Shown piece by piece: positions 11,101 to 18,971 of a DNA stretch of 64,000 nt. Source of the stretch: Fimbriimonadales bacterium. Its GTDB lineage: Bacteria; Armatimonadota; Fimbriimonadia; Fimbriimonadales; ATM1. The first letter of the stretch is position 1. Each line of letters begins with the position of its first letter. Location of the stretch: the NCBI GenBank assembly GCA_041744215.1, contig JBGTLG010000005.1, forward strand, positions 27,713 to 91,712, read 5' to 3'. The notes beneath the pieces are model-generated. The model was not told the origin of the DNA, made no database searches, and saw only the letters and a list, made by a program, of their open reading frames with translations. A program made the position numbers and the translations under genes.

Positions 11101-11699
11101 AATTGGAGTTTGGATGCGATCTCTAACAACCCGCCACGAATGGCAGCTTGCTCTTTCAATCGGTGATCTTGCAGCTCAACGAAGTAGTTTTCCGGACCGA
11201 AGATGTCCTTGTACATCGCTGCAGTATCGAGCGCCCGCGAAAAGTCTCCGGCAAGGAGATACTGATTGACTTCACTTCCCAAGCAAGTCGTCGAGCTGAT
11301 CAACCCCTCTGCGTATTCTCGTAGCGCCGTGTGATCGACGCGGGGATAGTGATAGAAACCCTCGAGGCTTGCCAAGGTAGAAAGCTTGCAAAGGTTGAGG
11401 TAGCCCGTGCGATTTCGTGCTAACAGCAGCAGGTGATACGAATTGCCCTCTTTTCGCCCGGTGCGAACGTGTCGACCCTGCGGTGCAACATACGCTTCCA
11501 TACCGATGATCGGCTTCACACCCTGTTTCTTGCACTCGGCATAAAACTCCATCACTCCATACATGGCTCCGTGATCGGTGATCGCCACCGCTGGCATCCC
11601 CAATTCTTTTGCTCGGGAGACCATCTGCGGAATGCGCTGGGCTCCGTCGAGAAGGGAGTATTCGGTGTGGTTGTGGAGGTGGACGAATGGCTTGCTCAT
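8178..11699 (-). CDS. dnaE: DNA polymerase III alpha subunit
   Basis: FVHLHNHTEYSLLDGA (PHP domain), RGSAAGSLV, FERFLNPER, MPDIDMDF, YAFNKAHA. Start placed at MSKPFVHL. Confidence 0.97.
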   Translation of the reverse strand: MSKPFVHLHNHTEYSLLDGAQRIPQMVSRAKELGMPAVAITDHGAMYGVMEFYAECKKQGVKPIIGMEAYVAPQGRHVRTGRKEGNSYHLLLLARNRTGYLNLCKLSTLASLEGFYHYPRVDHTALREYAEGLISSTTCLGSEVNQYLLAGDFSRALDTAAMYKDIFGPENYFVELQDHRLKEQAAIRGGLLEIASKLQLPLICTNDAHYLCKTDHQAHDVLLCIQTNSKVADRDRMRFETEEFYLKSREEMEELFHETPDAIENTLMVAERCNVDLGEERAELPDPLIPSNVSPDDYLAELSEKSLPELIPGDLTAARERLAYELDVIKQTGFAKYFLLVREFAQFSRDKGIFFGVRGSAAGSLVTYCIGITDVDPLHYGLTFERFLNPERIQMPDIDMDFEDARRDEVIDYVKARFGDDHVAQIITFGTMGAKAALRDAGRALALAPVEVDRLCKMVPSLPVGITLEQALEASAELRSAHTNDPTASNLIETAKRIEGIARHAGVHAAGIVISKEPLRERVPLARGSGDQIITQFPMGDLEKIGLLKMDFLGLSNLTVLANATRNIRDSGKGDIDVKTMPLDDERTYEMLGRGETAGVFQLESEGMRRAVAQLKPDSIQDITALVALYRPGPMEHIATYAAGKHKRTKPSYLHPLMEPILEETHGVIVYQDQVLMLVRALAGFSLGKADILRRAMGKKDKQLLASMEREFVEGAAKNGIDAAACKKIWALLEPFAGYAFNKAHAVCYALIAYQTAYLKANYPVEYMAALLGAFRGKEDRVVGLVEECRRMGIQVLPPDINRSAVDFTIEEGKIRFGLGAIKGIGDSAIQSILNARSEDGSGFTHLFDVASRVKAQGGLNRTGLDALIKAGALDSIDSNRNKLLSVVDTALAYADKQAREREAGQAALFAEAEDADANGRHYPILPDVALPTRQEALSMEKEVLGLYVSDHPLRGHEREVMASASHTAALIQELADGERVSLAGVIARVQNKTVGESKEPMAILTLEDLTGQCDVAVYGKSYQTYKPILAKDRLIVVRGKVKQRELRTGQRMVGIAAFEVDELDTGNAEKPISQDDFTLQGVISVKLLKATRDELAIVRNLVKDNPGDFAITLEVAQMNGNGHPKAIKAYHLLERVSDGAWVQQLRRSLSQCFVIVQRRPGLIAEAGNSVAG

Positions 11700-11821
11700 G
11701 GGGCTCGACTGATCAGTATGGCGCGACAAAGTCCCCCAGGAGTGAAGCCTCCTGTGGCATGTCCTTAGCGGCAAAGATTTAGACGAGATGCGGCGGCAGA
11801 GAGGTGCGAGATTAACGGTTT

Positions 11822-12781
11822 TTAATGGAAAACGCTGGCACGTCGCAATCGATCAAGGATCGCCGCCCACTCTGGCTGCGGCGGAGGCTTTTCCACGACG
11901 ATGGCGTCCAGCTCCAGCTGGTCCAGTTCGCGCAAAGTGGAGTACAGTGCCGCGCCATATTCGTCGGGCCCAGTCGGCATGCTCCTGACCTCCGCCCCAT
12001 CAATGCCCGTTACGCCGATAGGCATCCAGCCGACCTTCATTCCCGACTGGGTCAACGACTCCACGAGCGCCGATCCGTTCCCTTCGGCCAGGTGCAGCCG
12101 CGTGCGCGTCGCGTAGTGCCGCTCGCCTTGACCTGGCGACCGTGAAGGTCCGGTCTCCGGCCCAGTCTCGACTTGCCCGACGATCAACTCGATTTGAGCA
12201 CGCGAGACGGATCCTGGCCGGAGGATTCTCGGGGGCGAGGTGGTTACGTCCAAAACCGTGCTCTCGATCCCCTTGGGGCTCTGTCCGCCATCAATGACGA
12301 TTTCTACACTTCCTTCGAGATCATCCAGCACGTGGCGAGCGGTTACCGCTGAGACTCCCGTTGATCTATTCGCGCTCGGGGCGGCGATCGGCACACCTGC
12401 GGCCAAGATCAACGCTGAAGCAATCGGATGGGACGGGCAGCGCAAACCGACCGTTGGCCCGCCAGCTGTCACTGGGCCTGGGACAACGCCGGATTTCCAA
12501 ACAACCAAAGTTAGTGCGCCAGGCCAAAAACTGTCTGCAAGCTCTCGGGGCACTTTCCCGAGTTGCGATGCCATTTCAAAACCTGATACGTGGACGATCA
12601 GGGGGTTGGCCTGTTCGCGGTGCTTCGCCTCGAAGATGCGGCGCACTGCAGATTCGTCCAGAGCGTTTCCGCCCAGCCCGTAAACAGTCTCAGTCGGAAA
12701 CGCGACAAGGCCGCCTGCAAGGATGACCTCAGCAGCTTCGCGGATCGTCTCCGCGGTGGGTGGGAGCAGTCGCGTTCTCAC
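11822..12781 (-). CDS. sua5: L-threonylcarbamoyladenylate synthase (Sua5 type)
   Basis: VAFPTETVYGLG, KxR...NPLIVHV, AAPSANRS, plus a C-terminal SUA5 domain (SPGQ..RHYA). Confidence 0.93.
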   Translation of the reverse strand: MRTRLLPPTAETIREAAEVILAGGLVAFPTETVYGLGGNALDESAVRRIFEAKHREQANPLIVHVSGFEMASQLGKVPRELADSFWPGALTLVVWKSGVVPGPVTAGGPTVGLRCPSHPIASALILAAGVPIAAPSANRSTGVSAVTARHVLDDLEGSVEIVIDGGQSPKGIESTVLDVTTSPPRILRPGSVSRAQIELIVGQVETGPETGPSRSPGQGERHYATRTRLHLAEGNGSALVESLTQSGMKVGWMPIGVTGIDGAEVRSMPTGPDEYGAALYSTLRELDQLELDAIVVEKPPPQPEWAAILDRLRRASVFH

Positions 12782-12817
12782 GTTGCGAGTTTACAGGAGT
12801 GCTGATACAATGACCGA

Positions 12818-13099
12818 ATGAGAATCAGATGGCTTGGTTTGATTTGCTTGGCTGTTGCGGTGCTCGGCTGCGGGGCCGAACCTGCGCCTGACCAGGCCCA
12901 AGGCGATGGTGGTGGGGGCGGAGCCGGGGGCGGAATGGTCACCTCACCGGGCGCCGGGCCGATCGCTCCGGTTGATCCTTACACCGAACTCGGCGGTGGG
13001 GGTGGCGGCGCGCAGGGTCAGGTCGCAAAGGACCGGGCAAAGTCGGCGGCTGCAAAGGCCGGGCAGGGGTCTCTGGGCGGCTACACCGAGGGGGAGTAG
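12818..13099 (+). CDS. Small Gly-rich lipoprotein
   Basis: Signal peptide with lipobox VLGC; low-complexity Gly/Ala mature part; TACAAT 6 nt before the ATG. Confidence 0.7.
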   Translation: MRIRWLGLICLAVAVLGCGAEPAPDQAQGDGGGGGAGGGMVTSPGAGPIAPVDPYTELGGGGGGAQGQVAKDRAKSAAAKAGQGSLGGYTEGE

Positions 13100-13285
13100 T
13101 TACTCGCCGCTTCTCTGGCGATACTTCTTAGCTTGGTCAGGATCAACTTTTCGCATTCGGCGCAACAGTTCATTGTCGCCGCCAGGTTTCTTTATGTCGC
13201 GCTTGGGCGGTCCGCTGTCGTCGCCCGGTTTCCGCTCGGGAGTGGGGATATCTCGTTCTCGGCGTTCCGCATGGATTCGCATCAT
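13100..13285 (-). CDS. ubact: Prokaryotic ubiquitin-like protein UBact (Pup analogue)
   Basis: About 60 aa, charged and disordered, ending ELLRRMRKVDPDQAKKYRQRSGE, the UBact R[ST]G[EQ] C-terminus. dop and pafA lie nearby. Confidence 0.9.
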   Translation of the reverse strand: MMRIHAERRERDIPTPERKPGDDSGPPKRDIKKPGGDNELLRRMRKVDPDQAKKYRQRSGE

Positions 13286-13342
13286 AGGACTTATACCGTC
13301 CTTTCGACAGAAAACGTGGCATCGGAGCGGTAATCTCTCCCA

Positions 13343-13798
13343 ATGGACTCGATCAGGATCGTCCGTGCCGACCTGGAAAATGACGCGCACGTGAGTGCGA
13401 TTTGCGAGCTCACGAACATGTACGCCTTCAATGCGACAGGCGAGCCACTTGACCCAGCAGTGCTCAACAATTTACCCGAGGCGTTGCGAGCGCATCCATC
13501 GATCGAGGCGTTGATTGCCTACATCCAGGATCAGGCAATTGGCATTGCGACTTGTGTGCTATCTTTCTCCAGTTTCTCAGCAAAGCCAATTCTCAACCTG
13601 CATGATCTTGCGGTGCGCCCGGACTATCGCAACCTGGGTATCGGGCGAAAGTTGCTCATTGCAGTGGAAGAACTCGCGCGAGAATTGGGCTGTTGCAAGG
13701 TCAGTTTAGAAGTCCACCCGACAAACCCGGCGCGAGATTTGTATCGGCGGTGCGGATTCGAAGAAGTGTCGATCTATTGTGTTAAGGAACCGCTGTGA
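13343..13798 (+). CDS. GNAT family acetyltransferase
   Basis: LNLHDLAVRPDYRNLGIGRKLL (motif A), KVSLEV, ARDLYRRCGF. Confidence 0.9.
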   Translation: MDSIRIVRADLENDAHVSAICELTNMYAFNATGEPLDPAVLNNLPEALRAHPSIEALIAYIQDQAIGIATCVLSFSSFSAKPILNLHDLAVRPDYRNLGIGRKLLIAVEELARELGCCKVSLEVHPTNPARDLYRRCGFEEVSIYCVKEPL

Positions 13799-13930
13799 GT
13801 TGCGCGACGCCCGAGTCATACTTCCTGCAGGCTTATTGAACTGCTGATCACTCTTCGGGCGAAGGAAAGGGCACGCTACAGGTCCACGGCGTCGACACGA
13901 TGTCAGCTTGCTTCTCCATCGCAAGCCATC

Positions 13931-15661
13931 CTACAAGCCGAAGGCTTTTACGATGTCCTGATTCGTGTGGAACGTGGCGGATTCTGCGGGTGTGTCGTAG
14001 ACAATGAACTCTTCTCGTTTATTCTTATCGCAGGTCACCCATCCGTCGTCGATCATCGCCTCTAAGGTGGCAATGGCATAGTCCATGCCCATCGCAATTG
14101 TCGGATACTTCGGATTCTCATAGAAGTAGTTTTCGAGCCATTGGAGCGCGCGCACGATACGGTGGTCTTCTTGGAGCATTTTAATCACGAGCCCGAACAT
14201 CCCGTAGTTCGGTAGCAGCTTTCCGTTGCGCTTATAACATGGCGTCGTCCACACCTTTCCTTCGGAGAACACCGGAAACGTAGATTCTTCTGCACCCTCT
14301 AAGTCGAGCTTGAAGACGTTGTATTCGCTGACTTTCCACGTCGCACGCGTTTGGCTGATCCGAGCAAGTTGAATTTTAACAGCTTGAATAGCGAAACCGC
14401 CCAACATTGGAACGACGGGGTCATCGTTGGTGAACCCGCCAGTGGCCATCCAGCCGAACGCGGCGTTCGAACTCATATCGTGCCCAGACTCCTTCGCGAT
14501 AGTCTTGCAATAGTCAACCAAGTCGGTAAACGCGCCGTTCGAGCTGTACCAAAAGTCTGCGAACTTGATGTGCTGCAGGATTTGGCTGCGCTGTTTATCA
14601 GAGTAATAGGATTTGAGCCACTCGCCATCGTGAGAGCCTTGCATCTCGGCGATGATCGAGTAAGCGACCTGGCGGGCGCCGAACATTGCGAGTGTGAGCC
14701 CTGCGGAGAGTATCGGATCGGCAAATCCGCAGCTATCGCCAGCAAGGTACCAGTTCTCTCCGGCGAGGCGGTCGGCGATGTACGACCAGTCGTTGGTCGT
14801 CCGAATCACATTCTCGCGAGTGGCCTTGCGAATGAGCTCAGCGATAAGCGGATCCTGCTTCACAGCCTTCGCATACAAATCCTCAGGTCGCTCTCCAGAC
14901 TTCTTGTAGTGCTCGAGCGGAAGTACTAAGCCCAAGCTCGTCTTCGTTGGGGCGATGGGAATGAACCAGAGCCAGCCCCAATCAATCGAGACAACCAAAA
15001 TGCGTGTCCCTCCAGCGCCGACCTTCACTGCCCAATCAGCGTTGTCCCAGTAGTCCCAAATCGCGATGTTTCGGAGTGAAGTAGGATAGTCGGCTTCGAC
15101 GCCCAGCGCCTTGCGCAGAATGCTCGAAACGCCCGAAGCGTCGACATACTGTTTTGCGCGAATTGTCTCGCCCGATTGGAGCACCAACCCGTCGACGTGA
15201 TCACCGGTTGATTTTACTTCGACAACTTTCGTCTCCTCCCGCACGTCACAACCAAGTTCAGCTGCATGATCAAGTAAGATCTCGTCGAACACCGGGCGGT
15301 AGACTTGCCATGTAGTGTGGACTCGCTGGCCTTCAAAGGTGCCGGGCCTCTGATCCTCGCGGAACAGATGTGTGGGAAGGAACTCGAAATCCCAGAGGTC
15401 GCGCTTCTTTCCCCATCGGCAGGTCGCGCCAATCTTAATCGGGAACTCTGCGGCCTCTACTTTGTCCCACGCCCCCATCTCATGGATAACTTGAGGCACT
15501 ATTGGCAAGAGGCTCTCGCCAATATGGTCACGAGGGAACTTTTCGCGCTCGAGGATCACAACTCGGCAGTCGGGCATATACTTTTTCAACAAGCTGCCAC
15601 AACAGCTTCCCGCCGGTCCACCACCAATTATGGCTACATCAAACTGAACTTCCTGCATCAC
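13931..15661 (-). CDS. Flavin-dependent halogenase (tryptophan-halogenase superfamily)
   Basis: GGGPAG FAD motif, FPRDHIGESL, FPIKIG (candidate catalytic Lys), GWLWFIP (WxWxIP signature), FADPILSAG. Confidence 0.8.
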   Translation of the reverse strand: MMQEVQFDVAIIGGGPAGSCCGSLLKKYMPDCRVVILEREKFPRDHIGESLLPIVPQVIHEMGAWDKVEAAEFPIKIGATCRWGKKRDLWDFEFLPTHLFREDQRPGTFEGQRVHTTWQVYRPVFDEILLDHAAELGCDVREETKVVEVKSTGDHVDGLVLQSGETIRAKQYVDASGVSSILRKALGVEADYPTSLRNIAIWDYWDNADWAVKVGAGGTRILVVSIDWGWLWFIPIAPTKTSLGLVLPLEHYKKSGERPEDLYAKAVKQDPLIAELIRKATRENVIRTTNDWSYIADRLAGENWYLAGDSCGFADPILSAGLTLAMFGARQVAYSIIAEMQGSHDGEWLKSYYSDKQRSQILQHIKFADFWYSSNGAFTDLVDYCKTIAKESGHDMSSNAAFGWMATGGFTNDDPVVPMLGGFAIQAVKIQLARISQTRATWKVSEYNVFKLDLEGAEESTFPVFSEGKVWTTPCYKRNGKLLPNYGMFGLVIKMLQEDHRIVRALQWLENYFYENPKYPTIAMGMDYAIATLEAMIDDGWVTCDKNKREEFIVYDTPAESATFHTNQDIVKAFGL

Positions 15662-15855
15662 ACCCGCTCCCTATCGGCCTATCCGTTTTCCCTCCTCGGG
15701 CGCCAACCCTGGGTCTAAAGAGCCGATAGTCGAATGTACCACGTTGCCACCTGCTGGGGCTATACGCGCTGAGAGTGCCCGGACTGCTGACAAAGGGAAA
15801 CGATGCTGCCAGCGAAGTGCCAGGTGACCGCCGTATGATGGGCGACTAAGGCTTC

Positions 15856-16194
15856 ATGCGTACCTTTCGCGATCCCACCGTTCAGTTCTGTGTGGCGCTG
15901 ATCACCGCACCTCTGCTTGCCATAACGGGGAGTTCAATCGCGTCGTCGAATTCCTTTTTCTGGGGAACATCAGTCGGGTGGTTTCTCACTGTCGTTGTCA
16001 TTGCTTACTTCGCATGGCGGTCTGTGCGTCACCAGTGGCGGAGCGCGCCAAAGCAGGCGGAAACGGGTAGGCCAGATCTAGCGAAGATGGGTCCTATTGA
16101 TATCGGGCTGTTACTTGGAATCACCTTCGTCGCTGTTCTGGGAGCCGCCGGTGCCGTGGTCGCGCTGATAGCAGTGGTAATGACTATGAGTTGA
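15856..16194 (+). CDS. Small membrane protein (3 predicted TM helices)
   Basis: Three hydrophobic segments; fills the intergenic gap. Confidence 0.55.
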   Translation: MRTFRDPTVQFCVALITAPLLAITGSSIASSNSFFWGTSVGWFLTVVVIAYFAWRSVRHQWRSAPKQAETGRPDLAKMGPIDIGLLLGITFVAVLGAAGAVVALIAVVMTMS

Positions 16195-16208
16195 ACTGAG
16201 TTTCTAAA

Positions 16209-17600
16209 CTACTCCCCGATCAGGAACTCGTATTCTTCGCCACTTTTCAACTTTGCCCTTCGCCACCCAATTGTCTCTAGACCTTCGCGCATGTGAGTAA
16301 CGAGATCTCCGCGTTGCTTAGCGCGGGTGTCCTGTGGCGGCGTTGTCGTCGCCTCGATAACGCGACTCTCGGGGATGATCGTCTGGCCGCGGCCCATTTC
16401 GATCCATGCGGTGAATAGCGACTCCTGTGGATCAAGGTTGTGATACTCCATGTCCAGTGACTGCATATGCGCGAGGTCCCACTTGCCCTCCGCCTGAGAA
16501 AACTCTTCGAGCATTGCAAGCTTCGCTGCCCAATCGACCCGGTCTGACAGCTTGTGTGGATCGAGTGCTGCATCAGTTTGTGCAAGTCGCCATTCCGCCA
16601 GCGCCCAATCGGTTTCGGCATCGCGATGGAGGAAGTGCCGCTCAGCGGCCGAGAGATACCCATCCAGAACATCGATCGCAGTCGTCCACGACGAGCCTTC
16701 GAGCTCCAGCCGCCATTGGAGGCCTTCGTCCTTGCTGAGAGCTTCCGCTGCACGAGGAGGATTACAGATCTCAAAACGAGGAGCCTCGCCAATGGATATC
16801 AGATCCAGAGCGAGCTGAGTCGTAGCGACTTTCATTGCCGTCGCCCACGGCATCCTGTTGGCATCGCCACAGATAACGTGGACTCTACGCCACTTGTTTG
16901 GGTCTGCATGCGGTTCGTCGCGAGTATTGAAAATGGGCCGACGGTAGAGCGTCTCGATGTTCGCGACTTCATGAAAGAAGTCCGCGCGTTGGCTGATTTG
17001 GTAGCGACACGCTCGTCCTGCCTCGGCGCCGACTTTTCCCGCACCAAACATAACAATGCGCGTCACGAGAAATGGAAGCAAGTCGCGAATCAGTTGATCC
17101 GGCGAGGCTTTGCGGGGGAATAGGTAGTTTTCGTGAGTCCCATAGCTCGCGCCGTGAAAATCGGTGTTGTTCTTGAAAACCCGTGTGCGCTGGCCGGTTG
17201 ACCGTTCGAACGCAGTTGCCGTCGCAAGAAGCACACGTTCACCCGCGAGATCGTGCGCTACGATGTCAGAGATGTGAGAGCATTCCGGAGTTGCGTACTC
17301 CGGATGTCCATGATCGTTGTAAAGTCGTGCGCCGTTGGTCAGTACACGGTTCGCATGAAGATCGCGATCCATCGTTCGCGTTTTGCCGGTGTCGAACTCC
17401 GCGTCGACAGGATCATAAGCGAGGTCCTTGACTTGGAAACCTCTAATGTCCTGACGCGGTGACTCGAAGCCGTAATCCCAGCCGACGAAAGCGGGGAAGG
17501 GGCAATGTTCCACGAAGGCCGCCGAGTCGTCGATTTGCTCGGCGGCCCCGCGGCCTTCGATACTCAGGCCGTACTCGGTTTCAATTCCGAATAGGCGCAC
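16209..17600 (-). CDS. dop: Dop-type deamidase/depupylase (PafA2 family)
   Basis: FGIETEYG, Dop-loop WDYGFESPRQDIRGF, LTNGARLYNDHGHPEYATPEC, KNNTDFHGASYGTHENY, RRPIFNTRDEPHAD. Confidence 0.88.
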   Translation of the reverse strand: MRLFGIETEYGLSIEGRGAAEQIDDSAAFVEHCPFPAFVGWDYGFESPRQDIRGFQVKDLAYDPVDAEFDTGKTRTMDRDLHANRVLTNGARLYNDHGHPEYATPECSHISDIVAHDLAGERVLLATATAFERSTGQRTRVFKNNTDFHGASYGTHENYLFPRKASPDQLIRDLLPFLVTRIVMFGAGKVGAEAGRACRYQISQRADFFHEVANIETLYRRPIFNTRDEPHADPNKWRRVHVICGDANRMPWATAMKVATTQLALDLISIGEAPRFEICNPPRAAEALSKDEGLQWRLELEGSSWTTAIDVLDGYLSAAERHFLHRDAETDWALAEWRLAQTDAALDPHKLSDRVDWAAKLAMLEEFSQAEGKWDLAHMQSLDMEYHNLDPQESLFTAWIEMGRGQTIIPESRVIEATTTPPQDTRAKQRGDLVTHMREGLETIGWRRAKLKSGEEYEFLIGE

Positions 17601-17610
17601 ATTGCTTGTT

Positions 17611-18258
17611 TTACTTGAGAACGCCGGTCACTGTCGCATCGACGGGCTGACCGTCTGCCATCGGGACGATCCAATTCTTGATCTTGATTTCAAACTTCAA
17701 CACCTTGCCGTCTCGACTGACCCAGTACATTCCGTCGGAACTCGTCCGATCACCGGCATCCTCCGAGGTGGTCATGTGTATTTTGAGAGCCTCTTTGTCG
17801 CCGACCTTCTCTTCGCCTCGGGCTTCACACTTAAAGGTGAAAGTTCCGCCCTCGGAGCCTCTGTGTTCTAGCGTCCACTTGTCGCCGATTGATACTGGCT
17901 TGTCTGGATAGACGAGAAAGATCGGAGCAGACATCCGTCGGAACGCGTCCCCGTGTTCGCTTTGACTCGCGAGTGCGTTGCCGCGGGGACTGAGCCGGAG
18001 ATCAAACTCTCCGTCGCTATCTTGCGCCATGCCTTCAACTTCCAGGTCAGCGAAGACGACATTCCCTCGCGTCTCCTTTTCCGAGACTTCTGTCACTCGA
18101 AACACGTACGTTAGCCGGACGCTAAGGTCTGTGCCTTGAACATTCACCGCGACGTTCGTGTTCCATGCGGTAGTTTCTCCCTTCTGAAAGGGCGGAGCAA
18201 GCTCCCACGCTTGTGCGGGGGCTGAGAGTGTTAGCAAGGCCAATGTGGGCAGTATCAT
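17611..18258 (-). CDS. Secreted hypothetical protein
   Basis: SD CAGGAGG, then MILPTLALLTLSAPAQA signal peptide; YPDKPVSIGDKW motif. Confidence 0.7.
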   Translation of the reverse strand: MILPTLALLTLSAPAQAWELAPPFQKGETTAWNTNVAVNVQGTDLSVRLTYVFRVTEVSEKETRGNVVFADLEVEGMAQDSDGEFDLRLSPRGNALASQSEHGDAFRRMSAPIFLVYPDKPVSIGDKWTLEHRGSEGGTFTFKCEARGEEKVGDKEALKIHMTTSEDAGDRTSSDGMYWVSRDGKVLKFEIKIKNWIVPMADGQPVDATVTGVLK

Positions 18259-18316
18259 GGTGTCCTCCTGATTGTGGGTTGTAGTCGGTACTTGTGGGTT
18301 ATGAGTTGGGTTGCCG

Positions 18317-18916
18317 CTACCAGGCGAAAGTCCCGACAAACGCAGCAGATTCCTCGCCTCGGCTCCACGTTTCACCAAGAAGTGGATCGCAAAATGACTG
18401 CCGTTGGACAGTAGCCACATCGACTTTGGTGCCGAGAACCAGGGGCTTGAACCACAGGACGCCCGCCATAGAGCAGGTGTGACATTCAGAAGAATTGGTT
18501 TCGGCTGCTATCACCGTGATTCCGCCCGCCGAGACTCTCAACTCTGAGTCGAGCCCAGAAACCTCCAGCTGGATCTGCGCAGGTTGAACTGAAACCACGG
18601 ATCCGAGGCCTGCCCGCGGTTTTAGATAATCCGTCATCCTCTGCCCTTGCTCCTCGGTGGCTGCCGAGTCAATGTAGATAACTGCTTGGCGGTTTGCGCT
18701 CAAGTTGAGGTTGACGTCTCCCAACACGACTGCCGCTGCGGCGAGCCCGTCGAGCCCTTGGCCAGACTCGAAGCCTAAAGCGACAATTGCGCCCCGGCCG
18801 TCCGTCATGATCTCGCTGTTGTAGTGACAGGGTCCCGCGTAAATGGAGCACGTTCGGGTTTCGAAGTAGATTCCGGTGACTCCAATCGTCGCGACTGCTG
18901 CTATGGCTGTGAACAC
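18317..18916 (-). CDS. DUF1326-like secreted protein
   Basis: YFETRTCSIYAGPCHYNSE Cys motif after a signal peptide; SD GGAGG. Confidence 0.6.
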   Translation of the reverse strand: MFTAIAAVATIGVTGIYFETRTCSIYAGPCHYNSEIMTDGRGAIVALGFESGQGLDGLAAAAVVLGDVNLNLSANRQAVIYIDSAATEEQGQRMTDYLKPRAGLGSVVSVQPAQIQLEVSGLDSELRVSAGGITVIAAETNSSECHTCSMAGVLWFKPLVLGTKVDVATVQRQSFCDPLLGETWSRGEESAAFVGTFAW

Positions 18917-18971
18917 TCGAATACCTCCGCTAGGTTGCTAGTCGATTATACGAGACTTAGTCCGAAATCGT

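Noticed and set aside
13848-13919. 23-aa ORF MEKQADIVSTPWTCSVPFPSPEE downstream of the halogenase as a RiPP precursor
   Set aside because: Weak RBS, no leader motif, no adjacent transporter or protease; an ORF this short is expected by chance. Worth revisiting only if conserved.
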